Source: Moniliella sp. 'wahieum' (taxonomy: Eukaryota). From it: a stretch of 64,000 bases of DNA. Of the stretch, positions 35,809-47,131 are shown in pieces (position 1 is the stretch's first letter; the number at the start of each line of letters is the position of its first letter). Location: positions 62,001 to 126,000 of the forward strand of contig RSEE01000114.1 in NCBI GenBank assembly GCA_003971905.1, in the 5' to 3' direction. A model generated the notes under the pieces. That model searched no databases. It was not told the origin of the DNA and saw only the letters and a list, made by a program, of their open reading frames with translations. A program made the position numbers and the translations under genes.

Positions 35809-38372
35809 TTAGACCAATGCCTCACCAGGCGGTTCATGCGCAAAGACCGATGATGGTCTTCTTCTTCCAGACAGTGTAGGCGGTACCTTCGTTTGTGGCT
35901 TCCAAGTCGCGGGCGCGCGCATTGCTCACCTCGGACGAGCCAATGGCGTAGGCGTCGTTGGGCAACCACAGTTCCCGCATCGGCGTCGTGACGGCCGGGT
36001 GGTCAAACGTGTTGAGGTCTGCCTCCGGGTCGGCAGGAGCCGAGGAAGACGTCGGTTCCTGCCACGGCCGAACGTTCAACGTACTTTTCGTTCGGCGACA
36101 GGTTGCTTCCGGGCGTCAAGAGCGGCTTGGCTTCCTCCGTGGCCGTTGTCGCGCTAGATCCCTTGACCAGCGCCGTAGGCTCGTCCTTGACAAGCGAGAT
36201 GGCAAGCGAAGTGTACAGCGGCTTGAACGAGTCTTGCATAAAGATGTGGAAGCAATGACAATCACACCCAGCACAACGGTAAATGCCCTCAGGAATAGCA
36301 CCTTGCTTCTGGGACGTGTGGCCGTTGGCGTCAGTGTGGGGATATTGCGACAAGAAGAGAGAGCAGCCAAGAGAATGTGCTCGAGGTACAGCGCGGCAAA
36401 CACTTGGTTGATCGCCTTGGGGAAGAACAGACCGCTGGTCTCCGAAGTGGGCTTGCAGTCCCACACGTAAATCGCGTTGTACTTGTACAGCAACCAGTAG
36501 AGGCAGAACGTCACCCACACAAAGCCAGCCGAGATCGGAGCAATGACAGAGTAGCCAATGCCAATGATGGTGATGAGCGAGGTGGCCGGGAAGAGAGTGC
36601 CAAATCCGGGAGCGCCCATGTCGTTCTCAACATGCCACACTTTCCGCGGCGTGGAGGCAAGCAGGAATTTCTTCACGTAGTACATGACCAGAGTCACAAT
36701 TTGCAACATGCCACTGCCAAACCCAGTCAACCCCGTGAGAAGCAGGTAGGAGAGGAAGAAGAAGTGGAAGCCTTGGGAATCGCATCGGCGATGAGAGTGG
36801 GAAACTTGGCGGGGTTCTGAGAAATGGATTTGGCAAACTGGGTGAGCCAGATGCACTACCCGACACGATCGTCATCAAGAGGAAGTTCTGGAGGAACTGG
36901 AAGAGGAAGAAGCGGTCCATAAGCGAAAGTTCAATGCCGGTAGCGGTTGGAATACCCGAGGGCGAGCAAACATCCGCAAGATGGGAGGGAGTAGCATGTT
37001 GAGCACAGCAAGGGCGATCGTAGGGCCAATCGACTGAATGATACCGGTCACAAACACGATGTGGTTAGCCAGTGGAGCCAGGGCACCTCCACGGACAGAC
37101 CCTTAACATTGGAAACAATACCGGTGAAGCCACAGGAATACACCAGAAGAGGCACAGGGCGATCGTGGCAGCCCAGAAGAGCGCCGTGCGAATCTTCTTT
37201 CGTACGGGTCATCGTCAGGTTGGACCAAATCACGTTCTCAGGAGCCATGTCGGCATAGCGACCGGTCATGCGGTAGGGAAGGTGGTAAGGTTGCTGAGAA
37301 ACAGCAATCGAGCGGCGAGCTGCTGGTGGAAAGAATGAAAGCGCTGTTCTCGGGCTTGTAGGTCTTGCGGGGTGTGGAAGTTGTCGTGAGCTTCGTCAAT
37401 CGCTTCATTAAGGCGCACCAGCTCGTCACGCACCACTGAGTGTGTCGACCTTCTTCCCAAAGAGACCAAGCCAGCCAAGCTTGTGGTGGGGGCGCTCCTT
37501 TCTGAGGTAGCGGTCCAGCACATCGAGGGGGACATTGGTGCTTCAGCATCGGTGCCCGACATCTCAACGCCCTCCACTTTACCCTTCTTGATCTTCTTCA
37601 TCACCTTTGCAATTGCCTTGGCCGTTGCGCCTTCAGCTTGTCAAGCACACAGAGCGCTCCGCTTGCAAATCAGGAAGCTTGTCCACGCCACGGTTGATCC
37701 AAATCTTGGCGACGCCACCAGGGAGGTGGTTGTACATCTTGGTCAGCCGCGAGACGGAGAGGATCTCGTTGGGGATACCGGTGATAAGAACGGTACGGGC
37801 CTGGGGCGTAGACGAATGCTTTCGGAAACGAGGAACTCTTGGCGCAGTTTGACAAAGTTGGACGTCTTGCGACGGATCCAGTACAGGGTCCACAGCACAA
37901 AGATCCACTGAACCAGCAGCGGAGCGATGAGACGCAGCTCGCCGTGGTAGGTCTGGGCATGGTGATTGAAGGTGAACTTTTCGAATCCAGCAAAGTCTTT
38001 GGTGTCATTGAAGCCCGTGCCGTAGACAGGCATGAGCACAACGTAACCCAAAAAGAACACGGGGAGGAAACAGATGACCATCATTTCGAGGTACTCGATG
38101 TACATGAATGCGTCGAGGCCTTGCTTGCGCAGAATGTCGTACTTGTCCCATTGATCGTATCGATGAGCCAGCCAAAGAGCGAGGGGCTCTGGCGGGAGTG
38201 CGTTCCGAGTCAGGGCCAAGGAAGGTTTTGGGCGCATACACCACGGGGAAAACGCGACGGAGCAAAAGAAAGCGACGACTTCGATTCCCACAATGACACC
38301 GTTCATAATGATGGCCGACACGACGGTCGCGGTGGACTCGGAGGTGGTGCTGGCAGCGCTGGCGGCGGGCAT
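35809..38372 (-). CDS. OSCA/TMEM63 (CSC1/Rsn1/Phm7-like) calcium-permeable stress-gated channel; heavily frameshifted
   Basis: GLDAFMYIEYL, ARTVLITGIP, SAFILFHQQLAA, MAPENVIWSNL, FFLFQFLQNFL, GTLFPATSLITIIGIGYSVIAP, ETSGLFFPKAINQVF, FDHPAVT..LWLPNDAYAI, C-terminal EPPGEALV*. Confidence 0.9.
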
Positions 38373-39579
38373 GGCGGCGAGGGCGGCAAGGGCGGCGGTT
38401 GGTATAGAGAAGGGGCGAGCGGCGCATCGTGCGCGCAGGCGCACAAGCGGGAGAGGCACGCATCTTACAATGCGAGCCAGGAGGGGGGGGGGAGGTGGTG
38501 GTGGTGGAGAAGGAAGAGGCAATGGTGGGCAGAGAAGAAGAAGACGGCAGGTGGTGGGGGGGTCTATGAGAGAGGCGAGGCGGGTGCCCTGAAGGCAGGA
38601 GCGCGAGCCGGCTGCAGGCACACCCGCTGTGCGCCTCCGGCCGATACCCCGTAGACGTTGGGCATGCCGAATTCACACAGGGCCCGGCGCGGCGCCAGTG
38701 TGGCTGCCCCGACGTCAATGCACAGCATGCGGCCGCAGGCAGCACACCAGTGTCGGCAGGCCTGGGCGCGCGCAAGCAGTGCCACGGCCTGTGCTGCATG
38801 TGACGGGCATCGCGCGCTACCCGAGGCTGGCGCGCCGTGCGGTGTTCCACGCTGCGTTGGGAAGATCCTGGGGGGGCGGCACAGTGGCGTGTGCTCCATC
38901 ACCAACACGCTCGCAGGCGCACCGCCTGCCACGGGGGGCTGTGTGTGGCCACACCGCTCCCCATCATGGCATCATGCGTCATGTCACACGATCTGGCCTC
39001 TGCAGGAAACCGTCTGCGATGCAGTCGGTCAGTCAGTTTTTCGGCTGCCCACGCGGCACTGGGCCACGGCAGGGATCCAGGTACTGGTCACCGGGTTACT
39101 CCCCAAGGTGGAAATTTGACAGACACCAGAGACACCGTCGGAGTCCTGCAGGACACCGGCTCCAGCCACATTGTCCGCCGGAAGGCACGTCCTCCAGCCT
39201 CCCAGCCCACAGCACGCGTGGGAGAGAGGGGCGCACACGGCGAGGGAGCCTCGGCCGTTGGGTGTCACATGCGTAGCAGCAGCGCAGTGCCCACGGGCGG
39301 TGTGCTGCACGTGCTTGGGGCGACTGGTGGATGCAGGGGGTGCGGCGCAGCAGCGCGCACGGGGGAACGAAGGGTGCTTCCGTGCCCCCAGGGGCTGCGC
39401 TGCTGTGTCCACGTCCCCTCCGAAGCGCCCCGTGCTGCGACACGGCCTGGCGCCTCCTGGCCACCGCTCTGGCCCAACGCCACCCGTGGCCACTGCTATC
39501 ATGCCAACGGTGGCAGGGCGCTGCCGACCTCTGAGGCGCTTACCCCCTTGGTAGGAATGCAGACTCCAACCAGGCGTGT

Positions 39580-41720
39580 CTAGCTAGCGCTCCCCTGCGC
39601 TAGCCTGCGCTAGCCGGTGCACATTCCCCTCTGGGATGTCGAACGCGTCACTTGTGGCGATCATACGTGATGTGAATGTGACTTGTGAATGTGACTAGTG
39701 CTTCCATAGCAATGATGCATGATGCGACGCATGATGGTGTGACGCGTTTGACGCCGCTCTTTCAGATGTGCCCTGGTACTGATGCATGATGCATGATGCA
39801 TGATGTGCCAATCTCGCTGCAAAAGCAAGGTACAGAGCGACCATCGATCACGCATGTACATCATGCATCATGTGTCACGCGTCATTTACGTGCCTTGCGC
39901 TTGAAGCTTGAAGCTCTTGAAGCTTGAAGCTTGACTAGTAGCTTGAAGACTAACGCGCTGAGCTGAAGCCAAGCTCGACCCGGACGCTCAGGCGCTCAGG
40001 TGACGGCCTCGAGCATCGAGCGTGTCCAACGGGGCTCTGACGCAGGCTGGTGCCGGTGCTGGTGCCGGGCGCCAATTTATTCACTACCTTGAAGCTTGAA
40101 GCTTGACTAGCTTGTCTAGTGAGTGACTCACGCACGCGCTGAAATGTGAAAAGACAATGGATGATCGGCGATCGATGATCGCCGTGGGTGCGGGTTGGAC
40201 GTTTGGACGTTTGGACGTTGGTGCGGCAGTCGCTCGGCCGTCCTAGGCAGCCGCTGTGCCGTCTGAAATTTTATACGGACACCAGGCCCAAGCGGGAATG
40301 GATGATGCATGATGATGAGTATTCGGCTTCAAGCGGACAGCTCGGATCGGATGGATGTGGCAGTGGTAGAGCAGGAAGCTTGCAAGTCCATTCGATCGCA
40401 TCCACCCCAGTCAGGCATTGAAATTGTACGTTGGACCGATGTGATGTATGTGACATGGGATGCGGGTGGCTGCAAGGTAAGTGTGATATTCCGTGCTTCC
40501 TGGGGGTGCCAGTGAGCCAACTAGTCAAGCTTCAAGCTAGTGATGTCATAAGCGCGTGATGCACGTGATTCCTGATTGGCCTGATTTTGATTTCACGCTC
40601 CTCGCTCTGGTCCTCGGTCCATATCCATGTTCTCTCCCTGCGGCGTAGCGCCTAGTCCTTGTCCACATTTTAAGCTTTCAGCTTCACTCGGTTGAAATTT
40701 GAAAGGGACACCAGGGCAGTAGCAGGCAGTCACGCTTAGCACTGCCATCCGAGATCCGAGCCCTGTTGGCCTTGCGATGGTGCCGAGGGCCTCGGTTGCG
40801 GCTGTCCGCTCTGTGGCCTACCAAGTTAGACAGCAGACGCACTGCCCCCATCATGCATCATGCATCATGCATCTTTTATGCTACCGACCGCGCCACGCGT
40901 CAGAAGTCACGCATCGATCATCCCAGTGAGCTCGATCCAAACAGATATGAGACCTACCAAGGGGCTCCCATGTGCATGATGCATGATGTATGATGCATGA
41001 CGCGTGATGCGTGGCGCGTTACGCATGGGTGGCTGAACCAACCCGACCGATGCAGAAGCAGTACTCCACAAACCAAAAACCAAAAAGCAAGGGGCATGTG
41101 GCCGTTGGACGTTGGACGCCGGAGTGAGCCAGTGAGCGAGTGAGGATCTGGCTACGAGCAACTGACTCATCCTATGGCAACTGAGTACCCCGAGATAGAT
41201 ACGATGTACGTGTATTTTGCGCACGCCTGCTCCGGCGCCGAAAAGCTCTCGGGGCACAGCACGTCCACAGCACTGCCACAGCGCATTGGACGTTGGCCGC
41301 GGACGACGGAGAATCGGATCGAATAGTGCTAGTGATCTAGTGATCGATGATCACTTGATGATCGAGACGATCGCGGGATCAGCTTTTTTGGCCCCGAGAC
41401 GCGTGAATAATGCGTTAACGCGTCAACGCGCCAAAATGCCAAAACGCCAAAACGCCTCAACGTCCTCAACCTTAAAGGTTTTCTCAATTATAATTATCCG
41501 TCAACGTATCAACGTTCAACGTGTTCAACGCGTCAAGTCGTTAACGTCTCTACATCAACTAAGTACCACAACTCTCCATCTTTTCATATCACCAGCATCT
41601 GGGGTCGTTTGCAGTGCTAAGGCTATTAACGTTTAACCCTCGGCGTGTGGGGTATGGGGCTGACGCTCTGAAGCTTGAGGAGCATGACATGCATGAAGGG
41701 TCAAGTGAACGTTGAACGTC
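39580..41720. repeat. Dense array of TGA-[palindromic 4-mer] heptamer words upstream of the OSCA gene
   Basis: TGATGCA x3 (39780-39805), TGAAGCT runs (39900-39947, 40090-40105), TGGACGT (40195-40220), TGATCGA (41335-41372), TAACGCG and TCAACGT (41410-41530). Confidence 0.8.
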
Positions 41721-42128
41721 ATCAAGAACATGAAAACCACTTTAACTTTATTTTTCCTTTGCTTTCATCGTCTCTACACATAATGATGACGAGACGAGAC
41801 GAGACGAGAGGCGAGAGAGTGGGGTCTGAACCCCGCCCCGGAGGATCATCGACCAGATCTAGAGACCTGTGGGAGGCGAACAAGGCAGGGGAAGAAGTGG
41901 TGGTGATGCAAGCAGGGAAAGGAAGCCCGGAGGCACAACAGAAGGAAGCCCGGAGGCACAACAGAATGGGGGGAAAAAGGGAGGCGGAGAACGGGCCGCA
42001 CAATTTTGTAGTAGTACTATACGACAGACTGAGTATTGAGCCGAGAACAGTCCGTCATTGAGCACCTTCATTATCATTCCCTGAGTGGCGAAAGGTTTGT
42101 TTGTATATCTGTAATGGATCTGGCGCCC

Positions 42129-42370
42129 TGATGAGATCTGGAGTCCAGATGGTCCTCGAGGGTGATGCAATCGCACTAGGGTGGTGGTGGGGGTGGTCTA
42201 AGCCAACCAGCAACGCCTACAGAGGAACATCAAGCAGCGAGTCGCCACCGGGGGCTATAAGCTGCGGAACAAGGAAAAAACAGGAGAGAAAAACAACGGA
42301 ACTCCTATAGGTCTGAGGAGGAAAACTGAAGGGACATTGGCCAAAGCACGAGCCACCTGATGACTCAACA
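42129..42370 (-). repeat. Complete 3' LTR of Ty1/copia element (242 bp, TG...CA)
   Basis: Minus strand reads TGTTGAGTCA...GATCTCATCA, immediately preceded by a G-rich PPT (G7 at 42371-42377). Confidence 0.92.
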
Positions 42371-43378
42371 CCCCCCCGGGCCAAGAGACCAAAGGAAACT
42401 CGTAGGCCAAAACAAGTTAAAAGAAACCAAACGACGAAGAAAGGGGAGCCAATTCGAGAATTGTTGAGATGTGGAAAGGAGTTTGGGAAGACCAACAGGT
42501 TTGGTGAACCAATCAGATAAATGATCCACGCCCGGGACATGATGAATGACAAGCTCGCCACCATGGATGCGTTCTCGCACCTCGTGGTACCACACATCGA
42601 TCTCGCGGATCTTACCCAGGCTGCCAAGCTTCTCGGCAAGAGCCTTTGCTGCAGTGTTGTCCACAAAGAGCTGAATTGGGTGTGCAGCAGAACAAATGCC
42701 CAGCTCAAAAAGAATGTTGCGCACAAAGAGTGCATCGCGCAAACCATCACCCCGGCCACATGGCCAAGTATTCGGAAGCGGCTGTGTTGCTCACCCCTTG
42801 GTTCTGTGTCTTGGTATTCCACGAGACAGGCACACCATATACAAACACAACGTACCCGGAAACAGTAGACCGTGAGCAACGCTTGTCCGAAGCAGAAGAA
42901 GCATCCGTATGCAGTTCAAGGAGGGGTCTTGCGTCGGAGGTGTTAAGCGGAGGGAATGGTCAGCAGTACCCTTCAGGTATCGCAACAAGCCAACGGCAGC
43001 GTCACGGTGAGCACGAGAAGGGCCATCTAAGAAACGAGCCAAAAAGGTGGCGGCAAACAAGGTATCGGGACGAGACATGCGAGCCGATCACATGGCAGAC
43101 CCGCGACCATAGAACGGTAGGCGTGTGGTTCTCGTCGCGTGTGGATCGTGGTTCGTGCTCGGGACGTAGGGAGGAGGGAAGAGTGTGATTGAGGGGAGAG
43201 TCGAGGATGGTCGGGAATCATGTCGGGGTGGCAAGCGTTTCAGCAATGAATTTGGGTTGGCTCACGTAGAGGCGCTCATCAATGCGGTCGTACTGGCATC
43301 CGAGATGGAAACGAAGTGGGCCATTGTACTATTTAGTTTCGATATGGCGGCGAAGCTCAACAAGGAAGGCATCGTAGA
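42129..43378 (-). mobile_element. 3' half of the same Ty1/copia element (C-terminal RT, RNase H, PPT, LTR)
   Basis: YDAFLVELRRHIETK*YNGPLRFHLGCQY..RLYVSQPKFI, SRPDTLFAATFLARF..PSRAHRDAAVGLLRYLKGT, and RNase H LFVDNTAA...IDVWYHEVRE...HVPGVDHLSDWFTKP. Confidence 0.93.
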
Positions 43379-43740
43379 TGTACCGAAAACGAGTATAACC
43401 GGCCTGTTGTGCCTTCAATTGAACCTATACGGCTCGGGCCGGTCCCACCTCGCTGCGATACCCTTTCCGTCTTCGCGTTCTTGCTCAGGCTTTCATCAGG
43501 TTCAGGCCCTCAGGCGGGGCCTAGCTACGTTCTATCTCGACTTGCCTACTGGCTTGCTTTGAACCCATCTGGCAGACCTTCCATGCGTCAAGTCCCGCGG
43601 CTGCTGTACGCACTAGGACCTTTGGTTGAACCATCTGCCCCGCGCCTGCGTCCCCCGACGTTGGCACCCAAGCCAAAGGCGGTTGGGTACTTGCCTCCCT
43701 CTCTGGCTTTTTTTTGTGAACCCACGGGATCCTAACGCCT
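43379..43740 (+). mobile_element. Possible LTR of a second element (starts TGTACCG; end undefined)
   Basis: When the 34181-43376 inversion is undone, AGAGGGGGAGGGGGGGGA lies directly before TG at 43379, a PPT-LTR arrangement. No second copy in the window. Confidence 0.35.
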
Positions 43741-44025
43741 CCTTTCTTTCAGTCCCCACGTGCCTCTCCCACCAGCGCCCCGTATCCCTCCCCCACAACC
43801 ATCAAACCATGCGGAAGCACACTGGCTCGCACGCACGCACGCACCAACACAACAAGATTGGCGATGAGGTCGATAAGATGCAATGAAGAGTACGTACGGC
43901 CCGGGACTTTGTTTGGCAGGGCGAAAAGGAGCGGAAAGCAGAGTGATAGAACTGGTACCGACAAGGCCAAGGCACGACAAGGCAAGGGTGAGAGGGAGGA
44001 GGGGGGAGGGGGTTCACAGGAAGTT

Positions 44026-44099
44026 CCACCCCTGTTACACCACCCTGTTACATCACCCCTGTTACACCACCCCTGTTACACCATCCCTGTTACACCACC
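44026..44099. repeat. Five tandem copies of a roughly 14-bp unit CCACCCCTGTTACA overlapping the UBC2 stop
   Basis: Read directly. The minus-strand unit is TGTAACAGGGGTGG and its first copy supplies the TAA stop. Confidence 0.9.
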
Positions 44100-44835
44100 G
44101 AGTTGGGGTCCATCGTGTTGCCCCCCTCGGCTTGTGGCTCTGCTTCCTCTTCGTCGTCCAGCCAGCTCTGCTCGACCGTCGCCTTGACCCGCCTCACGTA
44201 CTCCCGCATGTTCTCACGGTAGAGCGAGGCAGCTTCCACGTTGGCCGGGCTGTGGGAAGGCAAGGGAAAAAAGGAAGGGAAGAAAAGCGATGGGGTTAGT
44301 TGGTTTCGTCGTCGTGGTTCGGATGTGGCTGCACTGTGCTTGTTGCTACCTCTCATCCTCTTCTGGCCGCTCCCCCGAGCCAAGCCGAGCAAGCACAGGA
44401 AGAGAAGGGAAGGGAAGGGAAGGGGGAGGCAGGCAAGGCCAAGGCCTAGACCAAGGCCTAACAGTCCGTACGCACCTATTAGGATTGGGATCATGCAACA
44501 GCGACTGAATCGAAGTCAAGATGGCCGTCACGTCGTACGTGGGGCTCCAGCGGTTCTGCAAGATGTCGAGGCACAGTTCGCCATTGGCATACACGTTGGG
44601 ATGGAACATCTTGGTGAGAAACTTGACGTGCGGCGGACGCGCAGGGTACGTCTCATCAAACGTCAACACCCAACTTGAACGTGCCATCTTCAAACGGTGT
44701 TGCCGACGGACCAAAGATGACTGCATTCCATACCATCAGGTTGTCCCCAACGGTTGCACCGGAAATTCCCCCCGGCGGATCGGCCGAGAGACGCTTAAAG
44801 TCCCGGATGAGACGCTTGCGCGAGGGTGTGGCCAT
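44090..44835 (-). CDS. UBC2: Ubiquitin-conjugating enzyme E2 Rad6; intron 44250-44475
   Basis: [24 protein letters not shown]...[56 protein letters not shown], acidic tail. Confidence 0.97.
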
Positions 44836-45626
44836 AGGAAAGGGGAGGCAGGTGGATGTGGAGGCGGAGGCGGAGGTGGAGGCGGAGGCGAACGCAAAGG
44901 CAAAGACAGAGGCAAAGGCGAGCGGAGGTGGAGGTGCGGGACACACCGTAGCGGCTGTGAGTGGCAAATGGGGCGCACGAGGCTGGACCAGGCTGGGATG
45001 GCATGCTTGCTGCGTCACTATCACGCTCGGCCTGCGTGCATGAGACGCGTGACGGGTGATGCATGATGGCCATGCGTGGGAGCCAGCAAGAGCAGAGGCA
45101 CGGGGTCGCTCTTGCCGCCCGCGGTCACCTGACCAGAGCGGCGGTGCTTTGCACAAGAGCCTGGCCGCAGCAGTGTCGCCTGTGCTTGCAGTTGCGCTTG
45201 CTTTGCCGTCGCTGCTGCCGCGGCGACGCACAGACAGCCCGGTACGGTGGCCCTACGTTGATTGGTACACGAGTATCATGATCGCTCGCTCCCCTATCCC
45301 CCCTCCCACGCCTGCCATTTCGGCGCGCTCACCTCGCAGCTCAGCCCAACAACGCACCTTGCGCTCTCGGCGTTTCAGAGCAAGTGTATACAGGTGCATA
45401 TTAGGCCTTCGCGCCAGGAGTACTAACCGGCACGTCAGACAAGATGAAAACAGACCAAGACAAGTACAGCATGCGCGGGGGCCATGGGAAGAAAGGGGGA
45501 ATACAAGGGACAGAAGGGAGACCTCGTTTCTCGCCAGCGCAGAGAATCGAACCCGGTGTCACGGACTGGTTGATCCAACGGTGGCAGCCTTGGATCCGCG
45601 GCCCAAACCTTCACGGTACACTACAC

Positions 45627-46682
45627 TCAGAATTCCCGTTTGACCATCGGCTTGGATTCGCTCTTGACAACCGGTTTGGACTCGGATTTGACCATCGGCT
45701 TGGATTCGCGTTTGAAGGCTGGCTTCGACTCGTGCATGGCAGAAGAATGAGAACGCCACCGATGGGAGCCGGAGCCACCACGTCCACCACGTCCGCGCCC
45801 GCTGTCCTCGCCCACGGCCCCTTCCCCATCCACTCCCACTCCCACTCCCACTCCCACTCCCACTCCCACTCCCACTTCCACTTCCACTCCCACCTCCCCA
45901 CTGGTTACCCCCCCGCCTCCGCCTCCAAAGGAGCCATAAGATTGAGCACGCCCGCTGCCATAGGACGACGTGGTTCGCATGGGAGCCAAAGACTGAGTAC
46001 GTGCGCCGCCATACGAAGACGCTCCGCCATACGACCCTCCGCCATACGACCCTCCGCCATACGACCCTCCGCCACCATACGATGACCCACCACCACCATA
46101 CGAAGACCTGCCGCCACCGTACGAACCACCACCGCCATACGAAGACCCACCGCCGCCATACGACGATGCGCCGCGCCCCCAGCTTCCTCGCTGTCGGCCC
46201 ATCCACTCTTCAAACGTTTCGTAATCGTAGGCAGAGGCCTCGAAGTCGTAGTCGTCCTCTGCACTGTCCATAAAGTCGCTCTCGAGGTAATCCAGGCGAT
46301 ACGCGCCGGCGTTGGGGAGCGGCTGGGCACGGGGGAGGTCGGCCGCTGGCTCCGGTTTGGCGGGAACCAGGGCGGATGCGAGTTCTGGTTTCGCAGAAAC
46401 AGGTCCGGTTGTGGGCTCTTGCTTGGCGGGAGGGGGGTTCGGCGCGCGCGTGCTCACAGATACACGCGTAATTTCCACTTCGCTGTCAGAGTCTTCCAGC
46501 GAGTGCGAGACGGGGTGCGACTCGGGTTTGACGTTGGCCTTGGCCTTGGCCTTGGCCTTGTCGTCGGAGTCCGAGTCGGAGTCGGAGTTGAGGGTGATGA
46601 CCTCGGCCTTGGGTGGTACCGGAGCAGGGGCTGAGGCGGAGGATATGAGCGGAGACGAGGTCAGCTCCTGCACGTTGTCCAT
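45627..46682 (-). CDS. Orphan low-complexity protein with SIM-like motifs, SYGG/RGG repeats and tandem psi-KxE motifs
   Basis: 351-codon ORF with ATG preceded by a pyrimidine-rich leader. Contains EVITLNSDSDSD, SDSEVEITRV, (SSYGGGG)n, GRGRGGRGG and a C-terminal 24-nt repeat encoding FKRE/VKSE/VKSE/VKRE. Confidence 0.7.
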   Translation of the reverse strand: MDNVQELTSSPLISSASAPAPVPPKAEVITLNSDSDSDSDDKAKAKAKANVKPESHPVSHSLEDSDSEVEITRVSVSTRAPNPPPAKQEPTTGPVSAKPELASALVPAKPEPAADLPRAQPLPNAGAYRLDYLESDFMDSAEDDYDFEASAYDYETFEEWMGRQRGSWGRGASSYGGGGSSYGGGGSYGGGRSSYGGGGSSYGGGGSYGGGSYGGGSYGGASSYGGARTQSLAPMRTTSSYGSGRAQSYGSFGGGGGGVTSGEVGVEVEVGVGVGVGVGVGVGVDGEGAVGEDSGRGRGGRGGSGSHRWRSHSSAMHESKPAFKRESKPMVKSESKPVVKSESKPMVKREF

Positions 46683-47131
46683 GGTCGGAGCGAGGGAGGG
46701 GAAGAGGGTGGCGGGAAAGGTTGGTGTAGTTGGGTTAATGACCGGAGCGACGCGCCTCGCGGAAGCGCATTTGCCCTGGGCTACGCGAAGGGGGGGCTGC
46801 GTAAGCGCACAGGCGGCACGTGACGTGTGATGCGGCTAGGGCGCGTGTTGCACCGAGTCGCGCGAGCGTCTTGTCGGTGCAACAAGACCGACCCGATCCG
46901 GGCCGAGGTGCGGCACTCGTGCCGTGCCACAGCGCGCGGATGTGGGCGTCGATACCGATAACCGACACACGATGCTCAACAATCGCAGGACAATTGAAAT
47001 TCTTCTCGCACCTGTCGAGGTCTCCAGACTCAACTGCCTCCAGCTCGGCTCTCTTTTTTGCCGGCCTCGCCCCTCTGCCCCGCTTGCCCGCCACCACGCC
47101 CCGCCCCTCCTAGGCCTGTCTCCTCCGAACC

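Noticed and set aside
38400..39580. Multiple 120-280 aa ORFs upstream of OSCA
   Set aside because: Very GC-rich sequence with ORFs in all frames and no domain-like content.
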